This document shows, one piece after another, positions 28,887 to 38,069 of a stretch of DNA of 64,000 nucleotides. The translations under genes and the position numbers were made by a program. The first letter of the stretch is position 1. Each line of letters starts with the position of its first letter. The notes beneath the pieces are model-generated. The model saw only the letters and a program-made list of their open reading frames with translations, was not told the DNA's origin and did no database searches. Origin of the DNA: a bacterium (GTDB lineage: Bacteria > Patescibacteriota > Minisyncoccia > JACQLN01); NCBI GenBank assembly GCA_030697795.1, contig JAUYOV010000004.1, forward strand, positions 11,831 through 75,830. The letters are read 5' to 3'.

Positions 28887-29681
28887 CTATTCGGAAATAA
28901 CTATAAAAACCTGTTTTAAATCCTTGGTATTAAAAAAGGGTCGCACTAAAGCTTTTTTAAAAGGAGCAGAATCACTGCTACTGACCTTGGTAACTTCTCC
29001 TACTAAAAAACCTCTTTCAAAAAAACCATCAAGCCCGGAACTCAAAAGAACTTGTCCGCTCCTTAATTCTGATTCTTTTAATACTAAATCTAAATTGAGA
29101 GCTCCGCTGGCCGAACCCGTTATCACACCCTTGGCTCCACCATCTTCCGAAACAGCCGTAACCTTGCTTTGGGCCGATGTTATTAAAATAATTCGACTTT
29201 CTTTAGCCAGAGCTTCTTTAACACGCCCCACCAAAATATTTCCCGAAAGAATAACCGAGTTGCCAACCTTAACACCATCTTTAGCGCCTTTGTTTACTAA
29301 TAAAGAATCTCCGGCTTGAAACGGATCCAGAGACAGGGTATCGGCCAAGATTATTTTTTTAGATTCTTTCTGGCCCAAACTTAAAGCTTTTCGCAAAAAA
29401 TCATTTTCTTCTTTTAACTGCAAAATTTTAAAATATTCTCCCCTGAAAAAATCCTTTTCACTTTTTAAAAAAATATTTTCTTTTATTAAATTTCTTACCC
29501 CAAAAACATTTTTAAATAAAAAACTGCTTTCTTCACCTATATAAAAAACTGATTTGGTGATGGGCGCCACGCCAAATCGGTTTAGCAAGTTTACTGAAAA
29601 ACTAAAGAAACCAGCTTTATCTAAAAAAAATAAGATGGTCGCCGTAAAAAGAGTTATAACAATTTTCTGCCAACTAGACAT
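28887..29681 (-). CDS. mreC: Rod shape-determining protein MreC
   Basis: Immediately downstream of mreB; N-terminal TM plus coiled-coil and beta domains. Confidence 0.65.
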   Translation of the reverse strand: MSSWQKIVITLFTATILFFLDKAGFFSFSVNLLNRFGVAPITKSVFYIGEESSFLFKNVFGVRNLIKENIFLKSEKDFFRGEYFKILQLKEENDFLRKALSLGQKESKKIILADTLSLDPFQAGDSLLVNKGAKDGVKVGNSVILSGNILVGRVKEALAKESRIILITSAQSKVTAVSEDGGAKGVITGSASGALNLDLVLKESELRSGQVLLSSGLDGFFERGFLVGEVTKVSSSDSAPFKKALVRPFFNTKDLKQVFIVISE

Positions 29682-29683
29682 AA

Positions 29684-30745
29684 TTAATCTTTCGGCGCAG
29701 TAGTGTAGTCCTTTGAGACTAAAAGTTCTCTATATTTTTCTGTATCTTCTAAAACTATACCCGTACCACGAGCCACCGCGGTTAAAGGATCATCGGCCAC
29801 TTTAACCGCAATGCCTGTTTCCTTGTTTATTAATTCATCTATGCCGCGCAGTAAACTGCCGCCGCCCGCTAAAACTATACCCCGCTTCATAATATCACCC
29901 AAAAGTTCGGGCGGAGTCTTTTCTACAATTTCCCTAACCATATCCACAATAGTTTTAACGGATGGTAATATAGCTTTTTTAACGTCTTTGGAAGTTATAA
30001 TAACCTCCTTGGGTAAGCCAGTTATTAAATCGCGCCCGCGCATAGTGGTTTCAAGTTTTTCACTTAAATCTATAACGCTACCCACTGCTATTTTTACCTC
30101 TTCGGCCGAACGAGGTCCTAAAAGTAAATTGTGGTCGTCGCGCGCCAATTGAATAATATCTTCATTTAGTTTTTCGCCCGCTATTCTTAAACTTCGCCCC
30201 GCCACTAAACCACCTAAAGAAATAACCGCTACCTCCGTGGTGCCACCGCCGATATCTACAATCATATTGCCCAAAGCTTCCTGAACAGGCAATCTGGCGC
30301 CTAAAGCCGCCGCCACAGGCTCTTCTATCAACATAACTTCTCTAGCGCCGGCATTGCGCGCCGCTTCTTCTACCGCTCTTTTTTCTACTTCGGTTACACC
30401 CGATGGAATTCCAATAACTACCCGAGGCCGAGGCACCATATAAAAAGACTCACCGTGAACTTTTTGGAAAAAATGCTTAAGCATCTGCTCGGTCACTTCA
30501 AAATCAGAAATAACGCCATTAGCCAAAGGTTTAATCGCTACAATATGATTAGGTGTTCGGCCCAACATTTTTTGGGCTTCTCGGCCAATAGCTAAAACCT
30601 GCCCTGTTTTTTTATTAACCGCAACTAAAGAAGGTTCGTTAACCACAATGCCACGATCCTTAACATAAATAAGGGTGTTGACTGTTCCCAGATCAACACC
30701 TATATCTTTAGCAAAATGACCAAAAAATTTATTCAGTAAATACAT
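29684..30745 (-). CDS. mreB: Rod shape-determining actin homolog MreB
   Basis: DLGTVNTLIYV..., full actin-fold motifs. Confidence 0.9.
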   Translation of the reverse strand: MYLLNKFFGHFAKDIGVDLGTVNTLIYVKDRGIVVNEPSLVAVNKKTGQVLAIGREAQKMLGRTPNHIVAIKPLANGVISDFEVTEQMLKHFFQKVHGESFYMVPRPRVVIGIPSGVTEVEKRAVEEAARNAGAREVMLIEEPVAAALGARLPVQEALGNMIVDIGGGTTEVAVISLGGLVAGRSLRIAGEKLNEDIIQLARDDHNLLLGPRSAEEVKIAVGSVIDLSEKLETTMRGRDLITGLPKEVIITSKDVKKAILPSVKTIVDMVREIVEKTPPELLGDIMKRGIVLAGGGSLLRGIDELINKETGIAVKVADDPLTAVARGTGIVLEDTEKYRELLVSKDYTTAPKD

Positions 30746-30841
30746 AACACAGAATTTCTAATTTCCAATATCTAAATCCTAAACAATTTCTAAATTCTAA
30801 TTTTCCAGAATATATTTGGAGCATTGTGATTTGAGATTTGT

Positions 30842-32128
30842 TTAGAGTTTAGTGCTTAGGATTTGGAGTTCGATTAGAAATTTTTCTAACTCTTTTAGTT
30901 TAACCATCTCCACTTTCTCGCTGGCGCGATTTTTGACCTCCACACTTTCTTGCGCCAAAGTTTTATCGCTAACTATTATCCGATATGGAATACCAATTAA
31001 ATCAGCATCCGACAACTTTACACCGGCCGATTCTTCGCGATCATCCCATAAGACGTCAAACGTCTTTAAAGATTGATACAGCTTCTCGGCTTCTTTCTTG
31101 GTATCGCCCAATGAAACTAAATGAATTAAAAACGGAGCCACGCTCTTTGGCCACTTCATTCCAGCCTCATCGTTAAAAACTTCGGCCAGCACTCCAACTA
31201 AACGGCTCATACCTATACCATAACTGCCTAAGTATGGCGGTTTATCTTTACCATCGGAATCTTTAAAATTAATCCCCATTTTTTCGGAATAAACTGTGCC
31301 AAATCTAAATATATTTCCAATTTCAACGGAACTAGCTTCTTCAACTTGTCCACCGCATTTTGGACAAGGATCCCCAATCTTGTGAGTATAAATTTCTTTG
31401 TTTTGCGCCCAATCACATTCGCCAGCCGGCGAATTGCAGAAATAAATATTATCTTCACCTACTGGGCTTACTAACTGAAATTCATGTGTATGACCCGAAG
31501 TAAACACACCGCCCGAAGCTTCAACCACCTTAACATCTTTTAATCCAACCCTGTTAAACACTCGTAAATAAGCATCTTTAACTTCCCAGTAAAATTTGTC
31601 TAGATCTTCCCCTGTGGTATGCAAACTATATAAATCTTTCATCATAAACTCCCGCCCGCGCAATAGGCCTGACTTAGCCCGAGCCTCGTTTCTAAACTTG
31701 GTAGAAAAGTGATAAAGCTTAATCGGTAAATTTTTATAGCTTAAAGAATTTTTCCTAACTACATCTAAAAATATTTCCTCGTGTGTAAAAGAAAGTCCAT
31801 ATTCTTTTTCGTCTACCGATTTAAACTGATACATTATCTGTTTAACATTTGGATCTGCCCAACGGCCGGTTTCATTCCAAACATCGCGAGGATGAAGTAA
31901 TGGCATTAAAACTTCGGCACTGCCAATAGCATTCATTTCTTCACGCACGATTTGTTCTATTTTTTGATAAACCCGCCAACCTAAAGGCAAAAAGGTGTAT
32001 GAACCCGCCATAAGCTTGTCTACAAAACCCCCACGCAAAAGCAACCTAGCATTAGTAGCTGTTTCGTCCTTTGGATCATCCCTGCGAGTGTTTATAAACG
32101 ATTGAGAGTAACGCATAAGAGTTATCAC
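30842..32128 (-). CDS. proS: Prolyl-tRNA synthetase (short form lacking the INS editing domain)
   Basis: MRYSQSF..LLRGG..YTFLPLGWRV..IVREEMN..G..EVLMP, closely paralleling E. coli ProRS motifs. Confidence 0.85.
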   Translation of the reverse strand: MITLMRYSQSFINTRRDDPKDETATNARLLLRGGFVDKLMAGSYTFLPLGWRVYQKIEQIVREEMNAIGSAEVLMPLLHPRDVWNETGRWADPNVKQIMYQFKSVDEKEYGLSFTHEEIFLDVVRKNSLSYKNLPIKLYHFSTKFRNEARAKSGLLRGREFMMKDLYSLHTTGEDLDKFYWEVKDAYLRVFNRVGLKDVKVVEASGGVFTSGHTHEFQLVSPVGEDNIYFCNSPAGECDWAQNKEIYTHKIGDPCPKCGGQVEEASSVEIGNIFRFGTVYSEKMGINFKDSDGKDKPPYLGSYGIGMSRLVGVLAEVFNDEAGMKWPKSVAPFLIHLVSLGDTKKEAEKLYQSLKTFDVLWDDREESAGVKLSDADLIGIPYRIIVSDKTLAQESVEVKNRASEKVEMVKLKELEKFLIELQILSTKL

Positions 32129-32316
32129 TAATATAGCTAATCGACGCTAATATAGCGAATTAATTTTTATTAGCTATATTCGCTTTCAATTCGCCATATT
32201 CGCGAAAAGTATTGATAGATTTTAACACCCCATTCAATGTCTGACAATTATTTTGACAAAAAACTATCTAGGTGTTAATTTATTAAAGTTCTTTAAACCT
32301 ATAAAAAGGAGAGGTT

Positions 32317-32745
32317 ATGCTTACCACTAGGCATGTAATAGGCTCAATGACATTGGAGTTGTGTCGGCTTTTGATTGAGTTAGACAGACTGTTTGTAGGC
32401 AATCTGGACGGATGGTTGCCCATAACTAGAATCGAATTAGAGTATATAAGACCAAAAAAGATACGCAGTCATACCAAAGACCTAAAAGTTAAGCTTCTGC
32501 CCGAAAATTGGCCAGTTGAATCGGAAATCTTCTGTAAATTATGTAAAACTGGAAATATCTGGAATGTTTGTGAGGTAACAATAAAAGCGCCTCATGTGCA
32601 CAGCTCGGAAATAGGCGGCATAGATATAGTTCTGCCGGTAATCGGTGGAAATATACTCTTGCCAAATGAGGTAGGATCCCCGAGTTCTGACGTGATAACA
32701 AACATAATGATTCAATCAAAACTCCGGAATAAGTTATACTCCTAA
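32317..32745 (+). CDS. Hypothetical protein
   Basis: ORF only; followed by a terminator. Confidence 0.4.
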   Translation: MLTTRHVIGSMTLELCRLLIELDRLFVGNLDGWLPITRIELEYIRPKKIRSHTKDLKVKLLPENWPVESEIFCKLCKTGNIWNVCEVTIKAPHVHSSEIGGIDIVLPVIGGNILLPNEVGSPSSDVITNIMIQSKLRNKLYS

Positions 32746-32748
32746 AAT

Positions 32749-32786
32749 GATCCCGCACCTTTTTAATTAAAAAGGTGCGGAATTTT
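32749..32786. terminator. Second copy of the CCCGCACCTTTTT/AAAAAGGTGCGG terminator hairpin
   Basis: Same stem as 20577-20617. Confidence 0.55.
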
Positions 32787-32789
32787 ATT

Positions 32790-32823
32790 TAGCATGAGCC
32801 ATGCGATCGCATGACTCATGCTA
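32790..32823. repeat. GCGATCGC-core palindrome TAGCATGAGCCATGCGATCGCATGACTCATGCTA (REP3 family)
   Basis: Family members at 50245-50280, 50896-50929, 52902-52931. Confidence 0.7.
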
Positions 32824-32862
32824 TTTTTTAAAAAAAGAAGAATATTTCTTCTTTTTTTAAAA

Positions 32863-33942
32863 TCAGAAAAATTTAACTATATCTTTCCAAGTTACAAAAA
32901 ACATTAGCGCGAGCAACAAAAGAAACCCTCCTATATTTACAGTATTTTCAAATTTTTGGCTTAAGGGCGAACCCTTAATTTTTTCTACTATTAAAAACAC
33001 TAATCTGCCGCCATCCAGCGCTGGAAAAGGCATAATATTTAGTATGGCCAAATTAACAGATAGTATGGCTACTAAATTTAATAAATAAACCATGCCCATG
33101 TTGTAAGCTTCGCCCGTCAAAGAAGCTATGCCAATGGGGCCAGTAATTTCACCCATAACTCTGCCTTCAATAAGTAAGGTTTTAAAAAACAAAAACAAAG
33201 CCGAGCCAATCACCCAAACCATAAAACCTAAATCTTTTAAACCACTCCATAAAAATAAATACCAGGGCGATTTAACTAAACCTGTTTTGGCCAGAGCCAC
33301 GCCCAAAGCGCCTTCACTTTGTGGAGGATTAACACGCGGGGTTATTTTAATATCTACATTTTCTTTGCCTCTTAATAAAACTAAATTTATTTCTTGACCA
33401 GCTTCGCCTTCTACAAAAGATTTAAATTCCGAAATTTCGGAAAATGTTTTTAAGGTGCCATCTGACAATTTTATGCCACTAATAGCATCGCCCATTTTAA
33501 TGTCTGCGTTTGACGCGGGAGAATTTTCAGCCAGAGCCGTAATTTGAATTTTAATATTTGTGGCCTTGGCACTATTGGTTTCGTCTAAAACCATCGGCCG
33601 GCCCATTAAATTTCCAAAACTTAAAAGCACATAGGCCAAAACTAAATTCATAAAAACACCAGCGCAAACTATCTTAACTCTTTTGGATATTTTAAGCGAA
33701 GAAAAACTACCGGCTTCGTTTCTGTGTTCGCCCGATTCACCAAATATTTTTACAAAACCACCAAACGGAATTAAATTAAAAGAAAAAACCGTCTCGCCTC
33801 TTTTTATAGAAAAAACCTTTGGCGGAAAGCCAAAGCCAAATTCTTCCACCTTGGCACCGGCCTTTTTGGCGGTTATGTAATGACCGTATTCGTGAACCAA
33901 AACCAAAGCAGATAATACGATAAAAAATACTAGGATAGTCAT
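32863..33942 (-). CDS. rseP: RseP-like site-2 zinc metalloprotease (M50) with PDZ
   Basis: HEYGHY HExxH motif, LDGG motif. Confidence 0.8.
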   Translation of the reverse strand: MTILVFFIVLSALVLVHEYGHYITAKKAGAKVEEFGFGFPPKVFSIKRGETVFSFNLIPFGGFVKIFGESGEHRNEAGSFSSLKISKRVKIVCAGVFMNLVLAYVLLSFGNLMGRPMVLDETNSAKATNIKIQITALAENSPASNADIKMGDAISGIKLSDGTLKTFSEISEFKSFVEGEAGQEINLVLLRGKENVDIKITPRVNPPQSEGALGVALAKTGLVKSPWYLFLWSGLKDLGFMVWVIGSALFLFFKTLLIEGRVMGEITGPIGIASLTGEAYNMGMVYLLNLVAILSVNLAILNIMPFPALDGGRLVFLIVEKIKGSPLSQKFENTVNIGGFLLLLALMFFVTWKDIVKFF

Positions 33943-34099
33943 AAATGTCTAATATCCAATTACTAATATCGAATCAATGACTAATTTATAAATGCCTAAT
34001 TTTGAATTTAGTTATTAGACATTGGGATTTGATTAGAAATTATCCCTCGATTGGGCTCGGGATCCTGAGCCTGTCGAAGGAGGTATTAGAAATTGGAAA

Positions 34100-34654
34100 T
34101 TAACTCATAAGCTCTTTTTCTTTTTTATTTTTTAAATCTTCCAACGCCTGATTATTTTCTTTCATCGCCTTTTCTATTTCATCCTTTTTTCTAAACTTAA
34201 TATCTTCCGATTTTTCTTGCTGAGCGCTTTTTACAGCCTCATCCCGCAACCTACGAGTTCTTATTTTTGCTTCTTCCAATTTTTGAGAAACAAGCTTTAT
34301 AAGTTCTTGCCTGCGTTCTTGAGTTAACTGGGGCAAACTTATTCTAATACTTTTACTGTCGGCAATTGGTTGAGCGCCAATATTAGCGTTAGTAATAGCT
34401 TTGGCTATCGGTTCTAAAGCGCTTTTATCCCAAGGCTCTACAACCAAAGTTCTGGCATCCAGCGAACTTATGCTGGCCATACCTTTTATTGGAGTTTTAT
34501 TGCCAAAATAATCAACCAAAATATCTTCCACCAAAGCCGGCGAGGCTCGGTTACTGCGTATTTTTGATAGTTCGCCCGTCAAAAATGTGGTGGCTTCTTT
34601 TAGCTTATTTTTAAAATCTTGCGTCTCCATAACAATAAAACCAGCATAACACAA
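34100..34654 (-). CDS. frr: Ribosome recycling factor
   Basis: Full-length RRF. Confidence 0.9.
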   Translation of the reverse strand: MCYAGFIVMETQDFKNKLKEATTFLTGELSKIRSNRASPALVEDILVDYFGNKTPIKGMASISSLDARTLVVEPWDKSALEPIAKAITNANIGAQPIADSKSIRISLPQLTQERRQELIKLVSQKLEEAKIRTRRLRDEAVKSAQQEKSEDIKFRKKDEIEKAMKENNQALEDLKNKKEKELMS

Positions 34655-34691
34655 AAAAGTCTAGATTATAAACCCTCTCGATTTATTCCCC

Positions 34692-34720
34692 ACATGTTCA
34701 ACATTCAATGTTGAACATGT
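34692..34720. repeat. REP2 palindrome ACATGTTCAACATTCAATGTTGAACATGT, left flank of RAYT-2
   Basis: Perfect palindrome; copies at 34901-34925 (inside the CDS) and 35390-35418. Confidence 0.85.
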
Positions 34721-34734
34721 TATAATTTTGATAT

Positions 34735-35391
34735 ATGAGAAAAACAATTTTGGCCGAAGGCGAATATTATCATATCTATAATCGTGGTGTAGAGAAAAGA
34801 AACATATTTTTAAACGATAACGATAAGTGGCGATTTATGACCCTCTTACTAATATTTCAAGGCAAGGGTCATATTGATAATATGCAACGTATTGTTAAAC
34901 TTGTTCAACATTCAATGTTGAACAAAGAACCATTTGACGACATCCTTTTGAATAAAAAGGTTGAACTGATATGTTTCTGTCTGATGCCAAATCATTATCA
35001 CCTTATATTAAAAGAAATTAAAAATGGAGGAATTTCTAGTTTTGGGCAAAGATTAGGTAACAGTTATACAAAATATTTCAACACTAAATATAAACGCACT
35101 GGACACTTATTTGGTGGAAGATTTCAAACGGTTCACATAACTCAAAATACATATCTCAAACATTTATCTTCTTATATACACAATAATCTAACAGAACTAA
35201 ATAATTGGAAAAAATTGGAAAACGAATATTTTTGGTCAAGTCTGCCAGATTATGTAAATAAAAACCGATGGGATAAGTTTCTAAACCCGGAAATAATTCT
35301 AAACCAGTTTAGGGGTAAAAATGATTATCTAAATTACATCAAAAATAATCGAAACAAAATTAAAAAACTAGATGGTTACTATATAGATTAA
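34735..35391 (+). CDS. REP-associated tyrosine transposase (RAYT), copy 2
   Basis: GEYYHIYNRGV, LMPNHYHLIL HuH motif; paralog of 26032..26706. Confidence 0.7.
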   Translation: MRKTILAEGEYYHIYNRGVEKRNIFLNDNDKWRFMTLLLIFQGKGHIDNMQRIVKLVQHSMLNKEPFDDILLNKKVELICFCLMPNHYHLILKEIKNGGISSFGQRLGNSYTKYFNTKYKRTGHLFGGRFQTVHITQNTYLKHLSSYIHNNLTELNNWKKLENEYFWSSLPDYVNKNRWDKFLNPEIILNQFRGKNDYLNYIKNNRNKIKKLDGYYID

Positions 35392-35418
35392 TTGTTCAAC
35401 ATTCAATGTTGAACAATT
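35390..35418. repeat. REP2 palindrome, right flank of RAYT-2
   Basis: AATTGTTCAACATTCAATGTTGAACAATT. Confidence 0.85.
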
Positions 35419-35431
35419 GGATCAGAGAGAT

Positions 35432-35470
35432 AATAAAAAGAGGCGTTCGATTAAGTCGAACGCCTCGGTG
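35432..35470 (-). terminator. Rho-independent terminator (GAGGCGTTCGA...TCGAACGCCTC plus U-run) ending the GC-rich small-gene transcript
   Basis: Strong 11-bp stem followed by a minus-strand TTTTT. Confidence 0.6.
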
Positions 35471-35647
35471 AGGATCTGCTTCCCCATGGCTCTCCATTTT
35501 TGATTCAATCGGTTCAAAAACGGGGACAAAAGACCTTTTCGTAGTGTGGTTTAAGTTACCAACTTCGTCGCATTCCTCTCACCTCCTTTCGTACACGCCG
35601 CTTGGTTTTCTCCAGAGGCGGCGGCCGAAGTTACCAGCTCACAGAGC

Positions 35648-35872
35648 CTATTTCTTGTTTCCCATCATGGCTTTGGCGGTCAGCAGACCAACGAAACCGG
35701 ATCCCACTCCCACCATCATCCATAACCCCATAGGCACAGGGTCTGGATGGGAATTGAATGAAGCCCCCAAGGCGATGCGTATATCATTCCCGATCTGGAA
35801 ACCAAACTGCACCGCCATTACGCTGAAACCCGCCGTCAGAATCGACGCGAAAAACATGATTACCTTTCTCAT
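35648..35872 (-). CDS. Small glycine-zipper membrane protein (74 aa) in a GC-rich island; start at MRKV
   Basis: GC ~50% island 35430-36000; SD GAAGGGG; two TM helices with GxxxG repeats. Confidence 0.45.
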   Translation of the reverse strand: MRKVIMFFASILTAGFSVMAVQFGFQIGNDIRIALGASFNSHPDPVPMGLWMMVGVGSGFVGLLTAKAMMGNKK

Positions 35873-35934
35873 TTTTTCCCCTTCTAAAGGGTTAAGAGTA
35901 TTTGTTAGTGTACTATCCTTTTCTAGCCTGTCTC

Positions 35935-35990
35935 TATCATAGCATAGTCCAATATGGCTTGTCAACCCCGCTCTTGAAATCTCAAGGGCG
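35935..35990 (-). promoter_or_regulatory. Second copy of the conserved hairpin (CCCCGCTCTTGAAATCTCAAGGGCGGGG) plus TTGACA element, upstream of the GC-rich small gene
   Basis: Aligns with 19080-19135 (ATAGTC...CTTGTCAA...CCnCCCTTnAAATCTCAAGGGnGGGG). Confidence 0.45.
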
Positions 35991-36074
35991 GGGCAAAAAG
36001 CCATACAAAAAACCTCATTTTAAGAGGCTTTTTTCTATCGAAGTGGAACTTCGATAGATTTCTTCGATAGATTT

Positions 36075-37205
36075 TTACTTTGGAAGTATAAAAAGCGAAC
36101 TTTGGTTAGATTTCTTGCCAGAACCGCTGGTTCCGGCAATTATTTTATCTGGGTTTTTAGGATCAACCCATAGAGTCCTAATTTGCCTAGCAGTGCCAAG
36201 TTTTCGTATCTGCCAAAATTTGCCGGCATCTTTGCTAGAATAAATAAAATTGCTAGCTGAAACAAAAATATTCGGCGAACTTCTGCCGCCAAAAGCTATA
36301 TCGGTTACGGGCAAAATGTCGTTAGCAATAACAATGTCCGCCGCCTGCCAGTTTATGCCAAAATCGTAAGACTTTATTAAACCAAACTTGCTAGTTAAAT
36401 AAACTCCGCCATCGGCTGGATTATATAAAACCTTTTCAATAAATTTAGCATTTTTAAAAGATCTTAGACCTTCGGTATCGTCCGTCCAACTTGCGCCACC
36501 ATCTGGCGAGGTAAATATGCTTCCAGAAAAAGTGGTAACCAACATTTGGCTAGAACTACTAGGGTTAATAAGCAAATAATTTATGGCCTTGCCAAATTCT
36601 TGTTGCAACTTCCAAGTTTCGCCGCCATCTTGGCTTTTTAATAAATTGCCCTCGCCCGTGGCCACCCACACAATATTGGGATTATGCGGATCCACCGCCA
36701 CATCAAAAACTGGGAAATTTGCGCGGGAAGTCAAATAAACTTCTTTAAACGAAAGTCCGCCATCTTCGGTTTTTAAAACCTTGCCCGACTTATTTTGATA
36801 CACCGCCAAATAAAATTTATCGGGAATGTCTTTGTTATAATTTGGAAAACGTGGATCGGCCGCTAAGGCAAAAACACTGGCCCGAGGAGCTAATATATTA
36901 TTTTTATCTCCAAGTTTATACCAAACCTCACCGCCATCGACACTTTTTAAAACTCCAGCGCCTAAAGTGGCAGCGTATAAAATTCTGGAATCTTTAGGGT
37001 TAGATTTGATTTCTAAAATATTTAATCTGTTTATACTGCCGCCCGTAGCCAAAGCACCTATCTTTTTCCAGGTAGTGCCCCTATCCACGCTAATAAAAAA
37101 ACCGCCTTGCGGGTTTAAAAATTCGCCAAAATAAACCTGCCCCACAAACAAAGCTATTGAGCCTAATACGGCAATAAAAATTATAAATTTTAATAAACCA
37201 GCCAT
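36075..37205 (-). CDS. BNR/Asp-box repeat beta-propeller protein, membrane-anchored or secreted
   Basis: Repeated S-x-D-G-G-x-(T/S)-W Asp-boxes. Confidence 0.6.
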   Translation of the reverse strand: MAGLLKFIIFIAVLGSIALFVGQVYFGEFLNPQGGFFISVDRGTTWKKIGALATGGSINRLNILEIKSNPKDSRILYAATLGAGVLKSVDGGEVWYKLGDKNNILAPRASVFALAADPRFPNYNKDIPDKFYLAVYQNKSGKVLKTEDGGLSFKEVYLTSRANFPVFDVAVDPHNPNIVWVATGEGNLLKSQDGGETWKLQQEFGKAINYLLINPSSSSQMLVTTFSGSIFTSPDGGASWTDDTEGLRSFKNAKFIEKVLYNPADGGVYLTSKFGLIKSYDFGINWQAADIVIANDILPVTDIAFGGRSSPNIFVSASNFIYSSKDAGKFWQIRKLGTARQIRTLWVDPKNPDKIIAGTSGSGKKSNQSSLFILPK

Positions 37206-37208
37206 TTA

Positions 37209-37967
37209 CTATATTTTAAAAAATAGATTCTCTAAAACCAACCGCGCGTTAACATTTGTAGATATTAAAAGACTTTTTGCCTGGGCCAGATTTTCTATAA
37301 ATTCGGCTTTATCTTTTTTATTAGCGTTAGTTAACAATTCAACTCTTAATTTAATAAGCCAAATATCTAACACTGGAAAGAAATTTTCTTTTTTGGCTAT
37401 TTCTTCGGCTAAATCAATTCTTTCTGCCAAAGTAAGATTTTGAACATTACCAAGCTTGCTAACAATTATATCATCTTTTGGGCTACGGGTTTTATTAAAA
37501 ATATCCTCGTTATAGAAAGGCAGGCTAACTACTCTAGAAATAATAGTTTTTGGTATATTTTTAATATTATTAGCCAGAATAAAAAAAATAGTATTACCCG
37601 TTGGCTCTTCCAGTGTTTTTAAAAGCGCATTCCAAGCTTCTTCGTTTAAATATTCGGCTTCTTTTATAAAGATGCCTTTATATTTAAAGTGGCTAGAGGT
37701 TAACGAGGCAAAATCTTTAAGCTTTCTTATTTGAGCTATGCCTATTTCCTTCTTGCCTTCCTCCCTGCTTATAAAAAGAGTATCGGGGTGAAATTCTTTT
37801 TCTATTTGTTTTTTATCTTCGGCTTTATTTATTTTAACCAAAAAATTCTTGGCTAAATTTATTTGGTATTCAAAATCAGAACCATACAAAAGCAAGGCGT
37901 GGGGAATAGTATTGTTTTTTAAAACTAAATCTAAATATTTTAATTGGCGCGAGTACATAAAATTCAT
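37209..37967 (-). CDS. holB: DNA polymerase III delta-prime subunit; start at MNFMYS, not the ORF-track start
   Basis: PHALLLYG motif. The ORF-track start is an ATG inside repeat copy D. Confidence 0.65.
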   Translation of the reverse strand: MNFMYSRQLKYLDLVLKNNTIPHALLLYGSDFEYQINLAKNFLVKINKAEDKKQIEKEFHPDTLFISREEGKKEIGIAQIRKLKDFASLTSSHFKYKGIFIKEAEYLNEEAWNALLKTLEEPTGNTIFFILANNIKNIPKTIISRVVSLPFYNEDIFNKTRSPKDDIIVSKLGNVQNLTLAERIDLAEEIAKKENFFPVLDIWLIKLRVELLTNANKKDKAEFIENLAQAKSLLISTNVNARLVLENLFFKI

Positions 37968-37969
37968 CA

Positions 37970-38058
37970 GCAGAAATATTATCTTGAGCAGCATTGTGGA
38001 GAAGACTATTTATATAATAAAGAGGCTCCACATCGTCTGCGAGAGATAATGTTTCTGC
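37970..38058. repeat. Copy D of the ~80-nt hairpin element
   Basis: Same core; arms GCAGAAATATTATCT/AGATAATGTTTCTGC. Confidence 0.8.
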
Positions 38059-38069
38059 TAAAACAAAAA

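Noticed and set aside
36030-36062. Hairpin CTATCGAAGTGGAACTTCGATAG as terminator of the BNR-propeller gene
   Set aside because: The U-run is on the wrong side for a minus-strand transcript. It may be a plus-strand structure or a repeat (ATTTCTTCGATAGATTT duplicated) instead.
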